Shown: in pieces, positions 40,387 through 52,570 of the stretch
How positions within the stretch are numbered: position 1 is the stretch's first letter
Layout: each line of letters opens with the position of its first letter
NCBI RefSeq assembly: GCF_006345805.1
Contig: NC_043004.1
Location: 32,984,001 to 33,048,000 of the forward strand
Direction of reading: 5' to 3'
Length of the DNA: 64,000 nt
From: Octopus sinensis
Lineage: Eukaryota
Position numbers and translations under genes: made by a program
The notes under the pieces: model-generated
The model's database searches: none
The model's input: the letters and a program-made list of their open reading frames with translations, nothing else
Told to the model about the DNA's origin: nothing

Positions 40387-40673
40387 CATACATACATACA
40401 CACACATGCATATATGCATACAGACGCATATATATATATATATATATATACATACACACATACATGTACGATATAATAAATATGATATATGCAATAAATG
40501 CAGTATATATATATATAGAATGAATATACAAATTCTGTGCAAGTTATTTGCTTGCGAATCAATTTTATCTTCGCTCAATTTTTCATAATAGAAACAAGGG
40601 AATATATATATATACTGAGAGAGAGAGTGAGAAGGAGAGCAAGAGAGAGAGAGAGAGAGAGTGAGAAGGAGAG

Positions 40674-40717
<44 letters not shown>

Positions 40718-40849
40718 AGGTTTAGTGAGACCCAATTTTCGATTTGAGATGCAGTGTCTTGAAAATGTAATAGACGATAATTTGAACGAAAGAGACGGTG
40801 AAGATAACGAAGACACACACACACACACACACACGCACACACACACACA

Positions 40850-40917
<68 letters not shown>

Positions 40918-42364
40918 TGTATGCATGTATATTAGTACCGGTAGTGAAGCTGATGGGAAGTAAATATGCCGAAAGAATCAAAATTTGCTTTCCTACATTA
41001 GCAAACATAATTTTCTCAAGAAGCAATACCTTTGTGTGAAGGTGGCAGGCAGGCGGTGCCGACTGCGGCTGCGACTGCGGTAGCGGCGGCGCGAATATTG
41101 GTCGATTCTTAACAAGCTTTTAAACAGCTTGTTTATCTTGTGTTGGGTAAAAACATCTGTTGCTATCAAAATTCATATGTAATATGAATACGTTTCTTAC
41201 AGAACGGTAATTAAAAATACCCAGACAAGTGATCCATCAATGTATGTGTAATCGGTCCCAGGTTGACATGCTTTGAAAAAAAAGAAGAAAAAAAAATATC
41301 AAACTTTTGCTAACAATTTGTGAAGAATTATTCAATTGATAGACGGGCAGGATGGAGCGAGGCGGGCACGATGGAGCGAGGTGAAAAAAATTGCCGTTGT
41401 AGTGCAAGGCATCATGTAATTCTGTACAATATCTCACAAGTCTTCCAAATCGAATTTTTATATATATATATGTATATATATATTCGTTTATTTTCATGCT
41501 TTTCTTTTTCATGAGAATAATTGTATTCATACCACGTATGCTTTTACATTGTAGGTTATGCCATTGGGGATCAGGTACAAAAGAACCAATTTCAAGAATT
41601 GCTACAGCCACCGAGTAATCAGGGATAAATTCTGCTTTGATGAAGCAATTACATCGGGAAAACCGATCGGGATTATATTATCGAAATCAGTGCATTCCAT
41701 AAGTCGTATTAAAGAGTCATGCATTCAATTCTAATATCGGCAATCGAACAATATTGGAAGCAGTTTGGAACGTATCTGCTGCTCTAAGTTTCTTTTTTTT
41801 TTTTCATTTATTTTTATTTTTATCCGAACATTTTGATTCAAAGCATAATTATTAAGATTTGCCAATTAAAAGTTCGATGTAATATTAATAGAATTGACAA
41901 CAAGCTTCAAGTTCATTTGATACAGTTTCAGAGTCTGAATATCCATTAATATAGCAAAATGATTAACAGAACTACACAATGCTATGCGTCATTCCTATCG
42001 TATCATCTTCTTACGCTTGATGTATTCTCATTCAGGGCCGGAGTGGTATGGTGCTACAGAAAGGAATTCCTAAATCGGAACTGTTCTTCCTAGCTTAATT
42101 GCTATACACGTGGACTCCGCTAACAAACTATCATCATCATCATCATCATCTTCATCATCATCTTCCTTATCTTCCTCATCGTTATCCTTACCACCACCAA
42201 CACGACGACGGCGACGACCACGACCACGACCACCACCATTATCATCATTGTCATATCACTGTCATCATCGTCATCATTTTACAGTTCACCCCCCCCCCAT
42301 ATTTGCAAGAGTCAGAAGCAATGCGTTAAGACAGACTTCCTATGGCTGGACACCCTTCCTGTCA

Positions 42365-42775
42365 GTTATGCTTCCTCCTGGGAGGATGCCGGTATTTGAA
42401 AATACCTCACGGAGTGATGACCTGCATAGCTACGGGATGCCCTTTGGCGAGGCACAGCACCCGTTCAGCCACCCTGCTAGGGAAACGGCGAAGTTATGAG
42501 ACTGCAGCATGGCGGATTGTGAAGAGGCAGCGGAGGAGCTCAACTGGGCCAACGATGTTCCTTACATTGATGCTGAGCGGAGGAATCCTAGAAGATCGAT
42601 GGTCAGGATCACCAAACTCTATCAAGGGAGTAACTGCAACGGATCCGTGGGAGTGGCCTCCACGGTTGTGTAATCAGTTAATGAAGGGTTCACTCGATTC
42701 AAACTCCCAATTCAATAATGGATTTGGATGGCGACAGAGAGTCACGGGAATCCGCGAAAGCAACACCAGAATATG
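42365..42775 (+). mobile_element. GC-rich non-LTR relic ending in an RTE-X-like 3' terminus
   Basis: The translation ..NQL....GWRQRVTGIRESNT resembles the RTE-X C-terminus (GWRERVxxIRxxST). The upstream part is GC-rich and looks non-coding. Confidence 0.5.
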
Positions 42776-43273
42776 CCTGCTCCTCTGCGCCTGTTTATAT
42801 TACAGGTACAAATCTTGTACTGGCAGAATTTGTTAATCATCCTTTCCAGCTCGATAAAAGGATTACTAGGTCGATATTAGGGACCATGCTGTCCTCCAAC
42901 CCAGCAGTTTCAGCTTTTTGTAAATCTTAGAAAGAATTTTTGCTGTGATTGGAACAGTATTTTGGTAGAATTGGTAGAAGGTTGGACTACGCATCTTTTA
43001 CCAAATCTGACCTTAGCTTTCATCGATTCAGGTACAGTAAAATAGGCATGGGTCAAGGACGACGATCGATTTAATCGATTAACAACCTCTCTCTATTCTC
43101 TGGCCTGGTACCTGTATAAAGCAATCATTATTTCTCACAACAGTGATTTATATATATATATATATATATAGTTAATCCAAACATGAAAACACAAAGAGAA
43201 AACACAACAACGCGAGGACGTGGAACAAGTATAGTGTTATTGGACGCTCAGGAAAGGAAAGAGAGAAGGAGGA

Positions 43274-43306
43274 TTTAACGTTTCGAGCGGAGCTCTTCGT
43301 CAAAAA
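43274..43306 (-). ncRNA. Minimal type I hammerhead motif in a Penelope-type terminal repeat (43172-43345)
   Basis: The reverse complement reads TTT-TTGACGA-A-GAGC-TCC-GCTC-GAAA-CGTT-AAA (one C3>T change). Confidence 0.65.
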
Positions 43307-44733
43307 CATAGGAAAAGGAAAGATCCAAGAAGGGAAGGCGGAGGAAAAAAAGACGCGGTTAAGATCCAAGAATCGAGGTATAGGGAGAAAGTTAACTTCA
43401 AGCAGTCCATAGTAAATATAAAAAACAACTTCCAGGGACAACAGTTGTGGATGTTTTCGTATGGAAAATACGATAAGCTGAAAAAGCTCTGTTTATATTT
43501 CTTGGTAGGCGACTAGGGTTGCTAGGTATGCGAATAAGAGTACAAAAGTTCAAGAACGAAATGGATAAGATCCGGGTTACATATGTTTCATTGCGAGTGG
43601 AATCTCAGAAGCGGTAAATATCCAAGCGAAGTGTATACCGCAGGCGACTCTTCAGGCTAAAAGTATCTTGATTAAAACATACATACAAAAAATACATACA
43701 TACATTGGGGCCTTGGGATATGTAACACACTGCCTAAGTACCAATCTTGAGAAATTAGGCTTCTCAAAACAAGAAAGGAGAAAGCTAATTCGAAGACTAC
43801 AGATCCAATAAATCAGTGGAACTGTAAAAATCTACAAAATTTTCCAGAAGTTTATCATTTAAATATATATGAGCCATGTCTTGATATGCAACTATATGCA
43901 TGAGAATACATACATAAAACATACACATCTGCACAAACATACATACATACATACATACATACATACATACATACATACATGCATGCATGCATGCATGCAT
44001 GCATACATACATACATACATACATACATACATACATACATACATACATACATGCATGCATGCATGCATACAAACAAAAATACCCTGTTGTTGATATTGAA
44101 ATTTCAATGAAGGAACCTTGGATCTAGGTTCGAAACCAGTTTTTTCTCTATTGGCAAGATTTCTTGAAATAAATGAATAATGACACACACACACACACAC
44201 ACACACATGCATAAATTCTTGTTGACGTAAGTGACATAAAATTTTATATACTTTTGAGAGAATGTAGAGTAATTCTTTCTTGGAATTGGTTCTCAAAGAA
44301 CACATTAAGCTATAAATGATAGCGTTATGTGTTGGCCTCGTGCCAAAATTTGAAACCAATATTGGGTTGAAAAACTCTTTTGGATAGAAAAAAGTCGAAG
44401 GCAGCCTTAGGATTCTCCTTTCGAAAAGGGTTTTCAGACCATTATTTACATGCTGTTATTCACAGCTTTTATATGCACTTCATGAAGCAATTTCGAGAAA
44501 GAATTCCACATATTGACTTTTGATTTTTATGTCGGATAATAAAAATAATTCAATACTAAATTGGAAAATTACTGAATGAAGAGTAAATGTTTATTATTCT
44601 TTTACAAGAAGACGAGTGACGGTGGCGTCGAAGTTTCGTCCTGCTAGCACTTGGTGGATTATTAGACAGTCTGACAAAGATCAAAACTTGGAAGTCACTG
44701 CTATTTCTTCTTGTCAAAATGTAATACATACAT

Positions 44734-45150
44734 AAGGCGGCGAGCTGGCAGAATCGTTAGCACGCCGGGCGAAATGCATAGCCGTATTTCGTCTGCCGTT
44801 ACGTTCTGAGTTCAAATTCCGCCGAGGTCGACTTTGCCTTTCATCCTTTCGGGATCGATAAATTAAGTACCAAGTACGTACTGGGGTTGATGTAATCAAC
44901 TTAATCCGTTTGTCTGTCCTTGTTTATCCCCTCTGTGTTTATCCCCTTGTGGGTAGTAAAGAAATAGGTATTTCGCCTGCCGTTGCGTTCTGAGTTCAAA
45001 TTCCGCCGAGGTCGACTTTGCCTTTCATTCTTTCGGGGTCGATGAAATAAGTACCAGTTACGCACTGAGGTCAATATAATCGACTTAATCCGTTTGTCTG
45101 TCCTTGTTTGTCCTCTCTGCGTGTAGCTCCCTGTGGGCACTGAAGAAATA
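44734..45150 (+). mobile_element. Nin/Deu-domain-type SINE (family A) with tandem duplication of body
   Basis: GGCGGCGAGCTGGCAGAATCGTTAGC head. The GAGTTCAAATTCC box and GCCTTTCATYCTTTCGGG.TCGAT.AA..AAGTACC core each occur twice. Confidence 0.92.
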
Positions 45151-46711
45151 AATACATACACATTTTCACACCTCTCTCACACACACACATATTAATCGTT
45201 TATAATGTGTTTATAGCACATTATAGAACGATCTGTTAGTTTCTATTTGTTTCCATCTGATATGTGTCTGTATTAATTATGTGTTTTTCTGCAAACGTTT
45301 GGTCACTTACACACAGTCACATAAAATTACCATTTCCATATCGTCTGCAATAGTCATCAAGGTGATATTCTGTTGCTGATATTCATTTCCTCTCATGGAA
45401 TCTAATTTATAACCAAAGGATTATATTTTCGAACGTTCCCTATTAGATTAAGAAAGAAGCTAATAGCCAAAGCAATTTTTGTTCTAAAGATTTAATACTT
45501 TAAAGCATTAGAAACACTCACAGCTTCAAATTTCAGAATATCAAAATATCAAAATAAATATGATTTGACAGATTTACGCGAAATTCGAAACTCTTGGGCG
45601 CAAAAGTCTTGCGATACATTAGTTTTGGAAGTTTGGGTTAATTGAAATGGCGTGAAAATAAAATATTATAAAATAAAGGGAATAAATTTTAACAAGCCGT
45701 GTTAAAAAGATGAGAATTTTAAAGAAAAATACAATATTTAATTGAAGAATCTTGTCCATTTTGTTAAGAAGCAATTATACAAGATCTCTATCTCTCTAAT
45801 AAAGGTTTAATACGAAGGAAGCTTACAAACTGAAAACTGAAATTGCACCCCTCCACCTACAAATAGAGAATTATGCAGAATAATTAATTAACAGATCAAA
45901 ACTAATTACGTCTCTTTAAGTTAGACATGGAGTGTAAAACACCTACCAGTAACCCTCGTTGTTGCTAAAACATAACTAAAAGGTTAACAGCATCAATTTA
46001 TGGAAGCAGAAATTTTCTTCTCTCCAGTACCCAAAGTAGTTGCTGTATTAATGGATTAAAACTAATTATTTTCTTTAATATTAGACGGGAATTAGAAAAG
46101 GCTTGAGTAACTATTTTCTGTGATAATGGTACGGTGATTGCAACGCAGTTAATTTATTAATGTGTTACTGCGATAATCCAACATATGGCGAGAAATAATC
46201 AACTTAAGGCCAAAAGTTCATATTTATTTTATTGGAAAGCAATATTAAAGTTACAAATTAGAGATTTTAGGGTATTATACAATTAAAAAACTCCGAAAGA
46301 TCGCTGAACCAGAAAAATACCTGGAATAATGGCAAAAAAGCGTGCTAATGTTAAAATTGATCTATCAATAAATTGTTCAGCTGAGTAAGTCTGAGTCATA
46401 CTCAATCAAATATTTAATCAGTCAAATCTGTCAGATACACTTCAGTTAGCGATTTAATTAATTATTAATGAAATCAATATCTATTATAGATAATTAAGTT
46501 TGTCAGCTCTGCTAGAATCAGATCAGAAATAGCTCTTAATGGGTCGAAATGATACAACAAAAAATTCAAAATCATTCTGGTCATACAAGTATGAGTGTTG
46601 CTTCTTCTTATCTTAACAGTATTGCATGTTAAACCCTTAACCATGGGTAAAGTCAGACGATTAGTCCCGACCCCATTCCAAGCAAGATTTGTTATAATAG
46701 GTGAACTTTTC

Positions 46712-47095
46712 AAGGCGGCGAGCTGGCAGAAACGTTAGCACGCCGGGCGAAATGCGTAGCCGTATTTCGTCTGCCGTTACGTACTAAGTTCAAATTCGGC
46801 CGAGGTCGACTTTGCCTTTCATCCTTCCAGGGTCAATTAAATAAGTACCAGTTACGTACTGGAGTGGATATAATCGACTTAATCCGTTTGTCTGTCCTTG
46901 TTTGTCCCCTCTGTGTGTAGTAAAGAAATAGGTATTTCGTCTGTCTTTACATTCTGAGTTCAAATTCCCCCGTTGTCGACTTTGCCTTTCATTCTTTCGG
47001 GGTCGATAAATTATGTACCAGCTGCGTAGTGGGGTCGGGCTAATCGACTGCCTCCTCCCCCCAAATTTCAGGCCTTGTGCTTAGAGTAGAAAAGA
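46712..47095 (+). mobile_element. Nin/Deu-domain-type SINE (family A), duplicated body
   Basis: Same consensus, flanked by the imperfect direct repeat AATAG(G/T)TGAACT(T/C)TTC. Confidence 0.92.
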
Positions 47096-47570
47096 ATAGT
47101 TGAACTCTTCACTGCATGAGAACAAAGCAATTTCGCTGGTTACGGTACTGGTTGCAGTACTTTCGCTGGCTCTGATAGTTTGCTAGTTACGTTGATAGTT
47201 AGAATCACCCATTTTATATTACATATTTAGTACCCACTGACGGTCATTTAAGAGCTGAATATCTTGAACAAGGCAAAGCAGTGATGGAATATAAATTATT
47301 GACCATTTAATCGATAACCCCACATCACATTAACTTTGACAGTTGCTGCTCTCATGTTGTATTATGCTATAATTATAGTTTTAGATCAATCGGATGAACT
47401 GAAAATTTATATAGTTTATTCCACGTATTTTCGTTATGAAAAACATAAATTTGAAATCTCTTTTATAAAGAGAAGGTGAGAAAATAACCAAGTCCTATAT
47501 TTGTTTGTTTTAGAAAGCAGGAAGTAAAAAAGACAGATTGGTATTTCAATGCGGGGTCTTTTCCTCTCGT

Positions 47571-48748
47571 TACCACCAGAAGCCTCCTGGTGGGTGGAAG
47601 ATCCCTTCCCTTCCTCATCTCTCCTTGATTGCTAGTACTTGTCCTTGAGGAATTTGTGGGATTGGAGGAAACTATAATTCATTGAGTAGCATATACCTAC
47701 AGGCGTATAATTGTCATGTGTAAGGACCCACTCCCATCAGGCTTTACACTCTTCTTATATCTGCAAACAAACTGCCACGATCGATGTCGGCACAACGGTC
47801 TGGTTTACAGGTTTACAGTCTTGGATCTCTTTTGGTCTTCATTGGCTCTTATTGCTGTTACATTTCTTGCTTTTTGCAGGATTTTTCTTTGAGCTTAATT
47901 TAAGCTTTTGAGAGCGTTCAAGATAGTCGCTAACAAAGCGACAATACTTTTTAGTTAAGAGAGTTCCTGGCATTTGTAAATTTGTGATTGAGTTGGTCTG
48001 TTGGTTGAATTGTCGAGGTATACACCAAAGTGTGTGCATCTGTTCACGTAAGAATCTCACATGGAAAATATTTGGAATGTCTTACAGATCTTTACTGTGC
48101 CACCACTAGATTGGATTCGGAGAATCCGCATCTGTTTCTTTTGCTTTTTTTCTGTGAAACTGAGTATTTCTAGGTTTTTGTGCAAATTTGTTAGTACATA
48201 ACATAATGCACCTATTAAGCATAGATACAAATGATAATTATGTATGTATGTATGTTTGTATGTATGTATGTATATATGTATGTAGGTGGGAAGCAAACGT
48301 CTTACCACTAAGCCACACCTACGTTTAATATATCCATCCAGCCATCTATCCATATATATATGAATATATATTTGTACATTTGTGTTTTTGTGTGTATTTC
48401 ATATATGTGTGTGCGTGTGTGTGTATAACAAGGGATAGATGGATAGACAAATAGGTAGACAGAGAGAAAGAGAGAAAGATTAAGAGAGAGAGAGAGAGTT
48501 AAGGTGTAATTACACTCTCCCTACCACCAGAAGCCTCCTGGTGGGTGGAAGATCCTTTCACTTCCTCATCTCTCCTTGATTGCTAGTACTTGTCCTTGAG
48601 GACTTTGTGGGATTGGAGAAAACTATGATTCATTGAGTAGCATATACCTACAGGTGTATCATTGACATGTGCAAGGACCCACTCATATCAGGCTTTACAC
48701 TCTTCTCCTATCTGCAAACAAACTGCCACGATCGATGTCGGCACAACG
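47571..48748. repeat. 227-bp direct repeat pair (47571-47797 and 48522-48748)
   Basis: Collinear with about 13 substitutions (counted by eye) and no indels seen. Confidence 0.95.
47798..48230 (-). mobile_element. R4/Dong-type (RLE) non-LTR retrotransposon 3' end
   Basis: The translation LIGALCYV..NLHKNLEILSF...MRILRIQSSGGTVKICKTFQIF* resembles the C-terminus of RLE-type elements (IIGALG...GTxKIxxxF). A probable 3' UTR follows. Confidence 0.65.
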
Positions 48749-49569
48749 AAATGCAGGTCTGGTGAAACTGCTGAAATGCGAGGGCGGAAGCTGTGTGCAA
48801 GAGGTACGATGGAAGGTGACCTCAGCTTGACTGCTTGTGGGCTATAGACGTAGATACAAATTCTTCTGGGTGGGGAGTAGCGATGGGGTGGGTGGTGTGG
48901 ATATACTTTTGACAGAAATGGGGAGATATAAGTGGAAGTAACAGAGGTAACGGTTTCTCTGTAATGTGTTTAACTTTAAGTTGTGGAAAATTGTAATAAA
49001 ATTAAGCATTGCACTAAATTATTCATAAGCTGTTAACAAAGTTAACCCTTTTGATGAATATTCTTTACTTCAAATTTCAATCTTAGTAAATAAGAACTCA
49101 GGATATGAAATATTTACAGATTGGATTTGGGAAAAGTTTATTTTTAAGTTCGATCGTGTATTGTTGATTGACCAGTTACAGTATTTTGAAAATAATGTGA
49201 AATTATACAAGTTTTGTATAATGTTCTCTGCATTGACGAATACTATAATTGAATTTTCAAAGACAAATTGATAACATGGTTATTGTTTAGCAACATTTGC
49301 TTCTATTAATGATGTAACTGTTATGTAGAGCACGTGTCGAAGGGCGCAGCCAAAATTAGATTAATTTAATAAAGGCTGTATCAAAAGCTATGTAAACACT
49401 TACTTTAAATGATTTGTGTGCATGCATATGTGCACCTCTCTCTTTCTCGCCCTCCCCCTTTCTTTCTCTCTGTTCACACACACACAAATATATATATATA
49501 TATTGTTGATGAGATTCACTGTTTCAAAAGAATATATATATATATACACAAACAAACAATCCATTTTCT

Positions 49570-49650
49570 AGTGGGCTAGAAATTTTTATGGAACTCTAAA
49601 GCCAGATATAAAAAGGTTAGAAGCATTAAATAATTTTTCTCCTTCCGCTA

Positions 49651-49686
<36 letters not shown>

Positions 49687-51100
49687 TAATAATAATATAA
49701 TAATAATAATAATAATATAATAATAATAACAACACTTCAAAGGTCGCTGTGAGTGTTCAATCGTTTCAGGTGGACTCTATGATTCCGTTAAAGTAAAGCC
49801 ACTTCTGTCAGTTTCTCATTTACTCTTTAAACAGGATTCCCCAAAATGCAATTTTAATGATCTTAAATGCTGTGTTCTTAAGGTTACACTTGGAACACTT
49901 GATGAATCTGAAATGCTTGCACTTCAAATTGATGCCTTTAAAGTAGCCATATCTGGAGTATAACTGCAAAATAATCGTCCGGTTGCTTATTTTCAACGAT
50001 ATTAACTACTCATGAACGGAAACATCCTTTAAATGAATGCGAAACAACCTGAGCTGTTATTGAAAGTGTTAGAAAGTGGAAACATTGCTTGATTGCAAAA
50101 CCTTTTCAACTATTTACAGATCAAGCAGCTATTGCTTTTATTTTCAACAACAAACGTTCATCTAAAAAGAATAAATTGGTACGATGGCAACTGGAATTGT
50201 CTGAATACACTTATGACACATTACATCATTCTGGAAGAGAAAACACACCACTCATGCTTTATCCAGAATTTATTTATGTTTTTTTTAATTTTTCTTTTCC
50301 AACTTCATGAACACTTCGCCACTCTGGCATCCATCAGTTTTATCACAAAGTGAAATAAATATATATTACCTTCCTGCAGAGATGATGTAAAGGTGTGTGT
50401 GCCTTTTTTTAAAGTGTGATCTATATTAAATCACATGCTTTTGACCAAAATTTGGCATCTTGCCATGTGCAACTCAACCACTGAAGCAATGATCGATTTT
50501 ACGAAATCCTAAGACACCATTTACAAAAAAGCAAGTACATTTTTCTTATTGTTGGTAAAAACTTAAAACTCACATATACTCATGTTGACGTATCAGTTCC
50601 ACTACACCAATTAATCTATTTATTTGATTATTTGTATTAATTGGAAATACATCTTATATTCATTACGACCAAAGATCTCAGTTAATATCTTTGGAAGCTT
50701 GAAATTCTTTTTACCAAAGCCGGGAATATATTGTCGCAGCAATGATTCATAGAAACCACAAGGGTAAAATGGCCAAAGTGAGCGATATAATGGCACATAG
50801 TAAAAGAGTCTAACGACTGGCCTTTAATATTGTAAATTTCTATGTAACTCAGTGAAAATTAATTCTCCAAGAGACCTGGATCTTACATGCGATAAAATCA
50901 TCTTTATGAACTGTAATTAATTGTACACCATATAAAAAGTAAGATTCTTTCCCCAGACATACAACAAACGTTACAACTAATCGTCTGGTGAAAGTGATGT
51001 CTTGAGGGAACATATTTAGCAATATAAAATAGTCTGTATGTTCAGTTGATGGCCGTCAGTCCATATTACGCAGCTGTTATATTTTGAGGAGGACAAGAAG
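49570..51100 (+). mobile_element. Degenerate Ty3/Gypsy pol (RNase H and integrase)
   Basis: IDAFKVAISGV*LQNNRPVAYF..AVIESVRKWKHCLIAKPFQLFTDQ..LVRWQLELSEY, followed by the integrase-like HYDQRSQL and PQ..NGQSERYNGT. Many stops and frameshifts. Confidence 0.88.
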
Positions 51101-51223
51101 AGATGGTTATTTTAACCCTGTCAAGAATCAGGAATTTCGAGCGAACTTAATAAAATATTTAAACGAAACCAGTTTCTTTCGACGAGTGTATTCTTCATAA
51201 TTTATTTCGGTATGTTGATATTT

Positions 51224-51639
51224 ATTTCTTTATTGCTCACAAGGGGCTAAACACAGAGAGGACAAACAAGGACAGACAAAGAGATTAAGTTGATTACATC
51301 GATTCCAGTGGGTGACTGGTACTTATTTCATCGACCCCGAAAGAATGAAAGGCAAAGTCGACCTCGGCGAAATTTGAACTCAGAACATAAAGGACAGACG
51401 AAATACCTATTTCTTTACTAACCACAAGGGGCTAAACACAAAAGGGACAAACAAGGACAGACAAACGGATTAAGTCGATTACATCGACCCCCGTGCATAA
51501 ACGGTACTTAATTTATCAACCCCGAAAGGATGAAAGGCAGAGTCTACCTCGGCGGAATTTGAACTCAGAACGTAACGGCAGACGAAATACGGCTACGCAT
51601 TTCACCCGGCGTGCTAACGTTTCTGCCAGTTCGCCGCCC
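51224..51639 (-). mobile_element. Nin/Deu-domain-type SINE (family A), duplicated body
   Basis: Reverse complement of the 44734-45150 type. Confidence 0.92.
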
Positions 51640-52277
51640 GGTATTTTGGATATTGAAGAACAAATGAACTTGAGTCCCCAAATCAATTGATAATGTTTTA
51701 TGTCGATGCCAAAGTATAGTGTGTCTTCCTCTTTGTTTAGATACCCGAGTTGTGGAGATTGTTGTTCCACTGATGTTGTATCATTACTTCGTTGCTATTG
51801 TCTTACTACTCAGCTGGTTATAACTCTTGTTATATTGAGATAGTGAGCCTCACCTTCAATCGATTCTCTGATATAAGAAGTTCTTTGAAATGAAGGTTCG
51901 TGCATCATGAAAGGCTTGAGATGTTGGTGACTGGTAACACTTCAACATCCTTAGGTGGTACATTGTCAACTTTTGTCAGAACATACAGATTTCATGTAAC
52001 CAGCAGCCCGAGACACCCACAAAACAGGAAGCTAAAAATAAAAACTGTAAAGATATCTTACAGAAAATAAGAATGAAACGTTGATCCGTGTCTTACTTTA
52101 ATGATCTAGACATCAACGGCGTTTTAGATGGATTATTCCTGCTCAGTTGCTAATGGGTAGCTGTGCCTGCATCTCTGTATCAATCCAGTCATCACTATTC
52201 GACCCAGCTCTGCTAAATAGCATGACTGTGAAGTGGAAGGAGAAATAGAAGGAGAGAATGAATACTACAACAAGCGT

Positions 52278-52570
52278 ACATTATTTACATTTGACGGATA
52301 TTTGTCTTCATCTTGTTTGTTGTTAACACAACGTTTCGGCTGATATACCCTCCAGCCTTCATCAGGTGTCTTGGGGAAATTTCGAACCTAGGTTCTCATT
52401 CCTAAGGTATTTTTCGATGTTATTATCATTATTATTATTGTTAGTGTTCAGGTCATTGCTTGGAATCGAACTCGGAATCTTGGGGTTAGTAGCCCGCGCT
52501 CTTAACCACTACGTCATGTGCCATAATGTAAATAATGTACATAATTCCTCCTGTCTTAAATATAGAACTG
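52278..52570 (-). mobile_element. tRNA-headed hammerhead-bearing SINE-like element with 12-bp TSD and inverted 3' tail
   Basis: TACAACAAGCGT at 52266-52277 and 52571-52582. Head 52522->52446 has an A box TGACGTAGTGG and a B box GAGTTCGATTCC, followed by a (TAA)n linker and the HHR at 52370->52325. Confidence 0.88.
52325..52370 (-). ncRNA. Minimal type I hammerhead ribozyme, intact core
   Basis: The reverse complement reads GACAC-CUGAUGA-A-GGCUG-(GAGGGUAUAU)-CAGCC-GAAA-CGUU^GUGUU. Stem I is GACAC/GUGUU, stem II is 5 bp, stem III is the palindrome AACGUU, and the cleavage triplet is GUU. Confidence 0.82.

Noticed and set aside
47571-48748. LTR retrotransposon with paired LTRs
   Set aside because: The repeats lack TG..CA ends, a PBS/PPT and a 4-6 bp TSD, and the interior is a non-LTR fragment plus microsatellites.
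52446-52522. Functional tRNA gene (ACT anticodon-like loop)
   Set aside because: The acceptor stem does not close, and the sequence recurs fused to the same (TAA)n-HHR body, so it is a SINE head.
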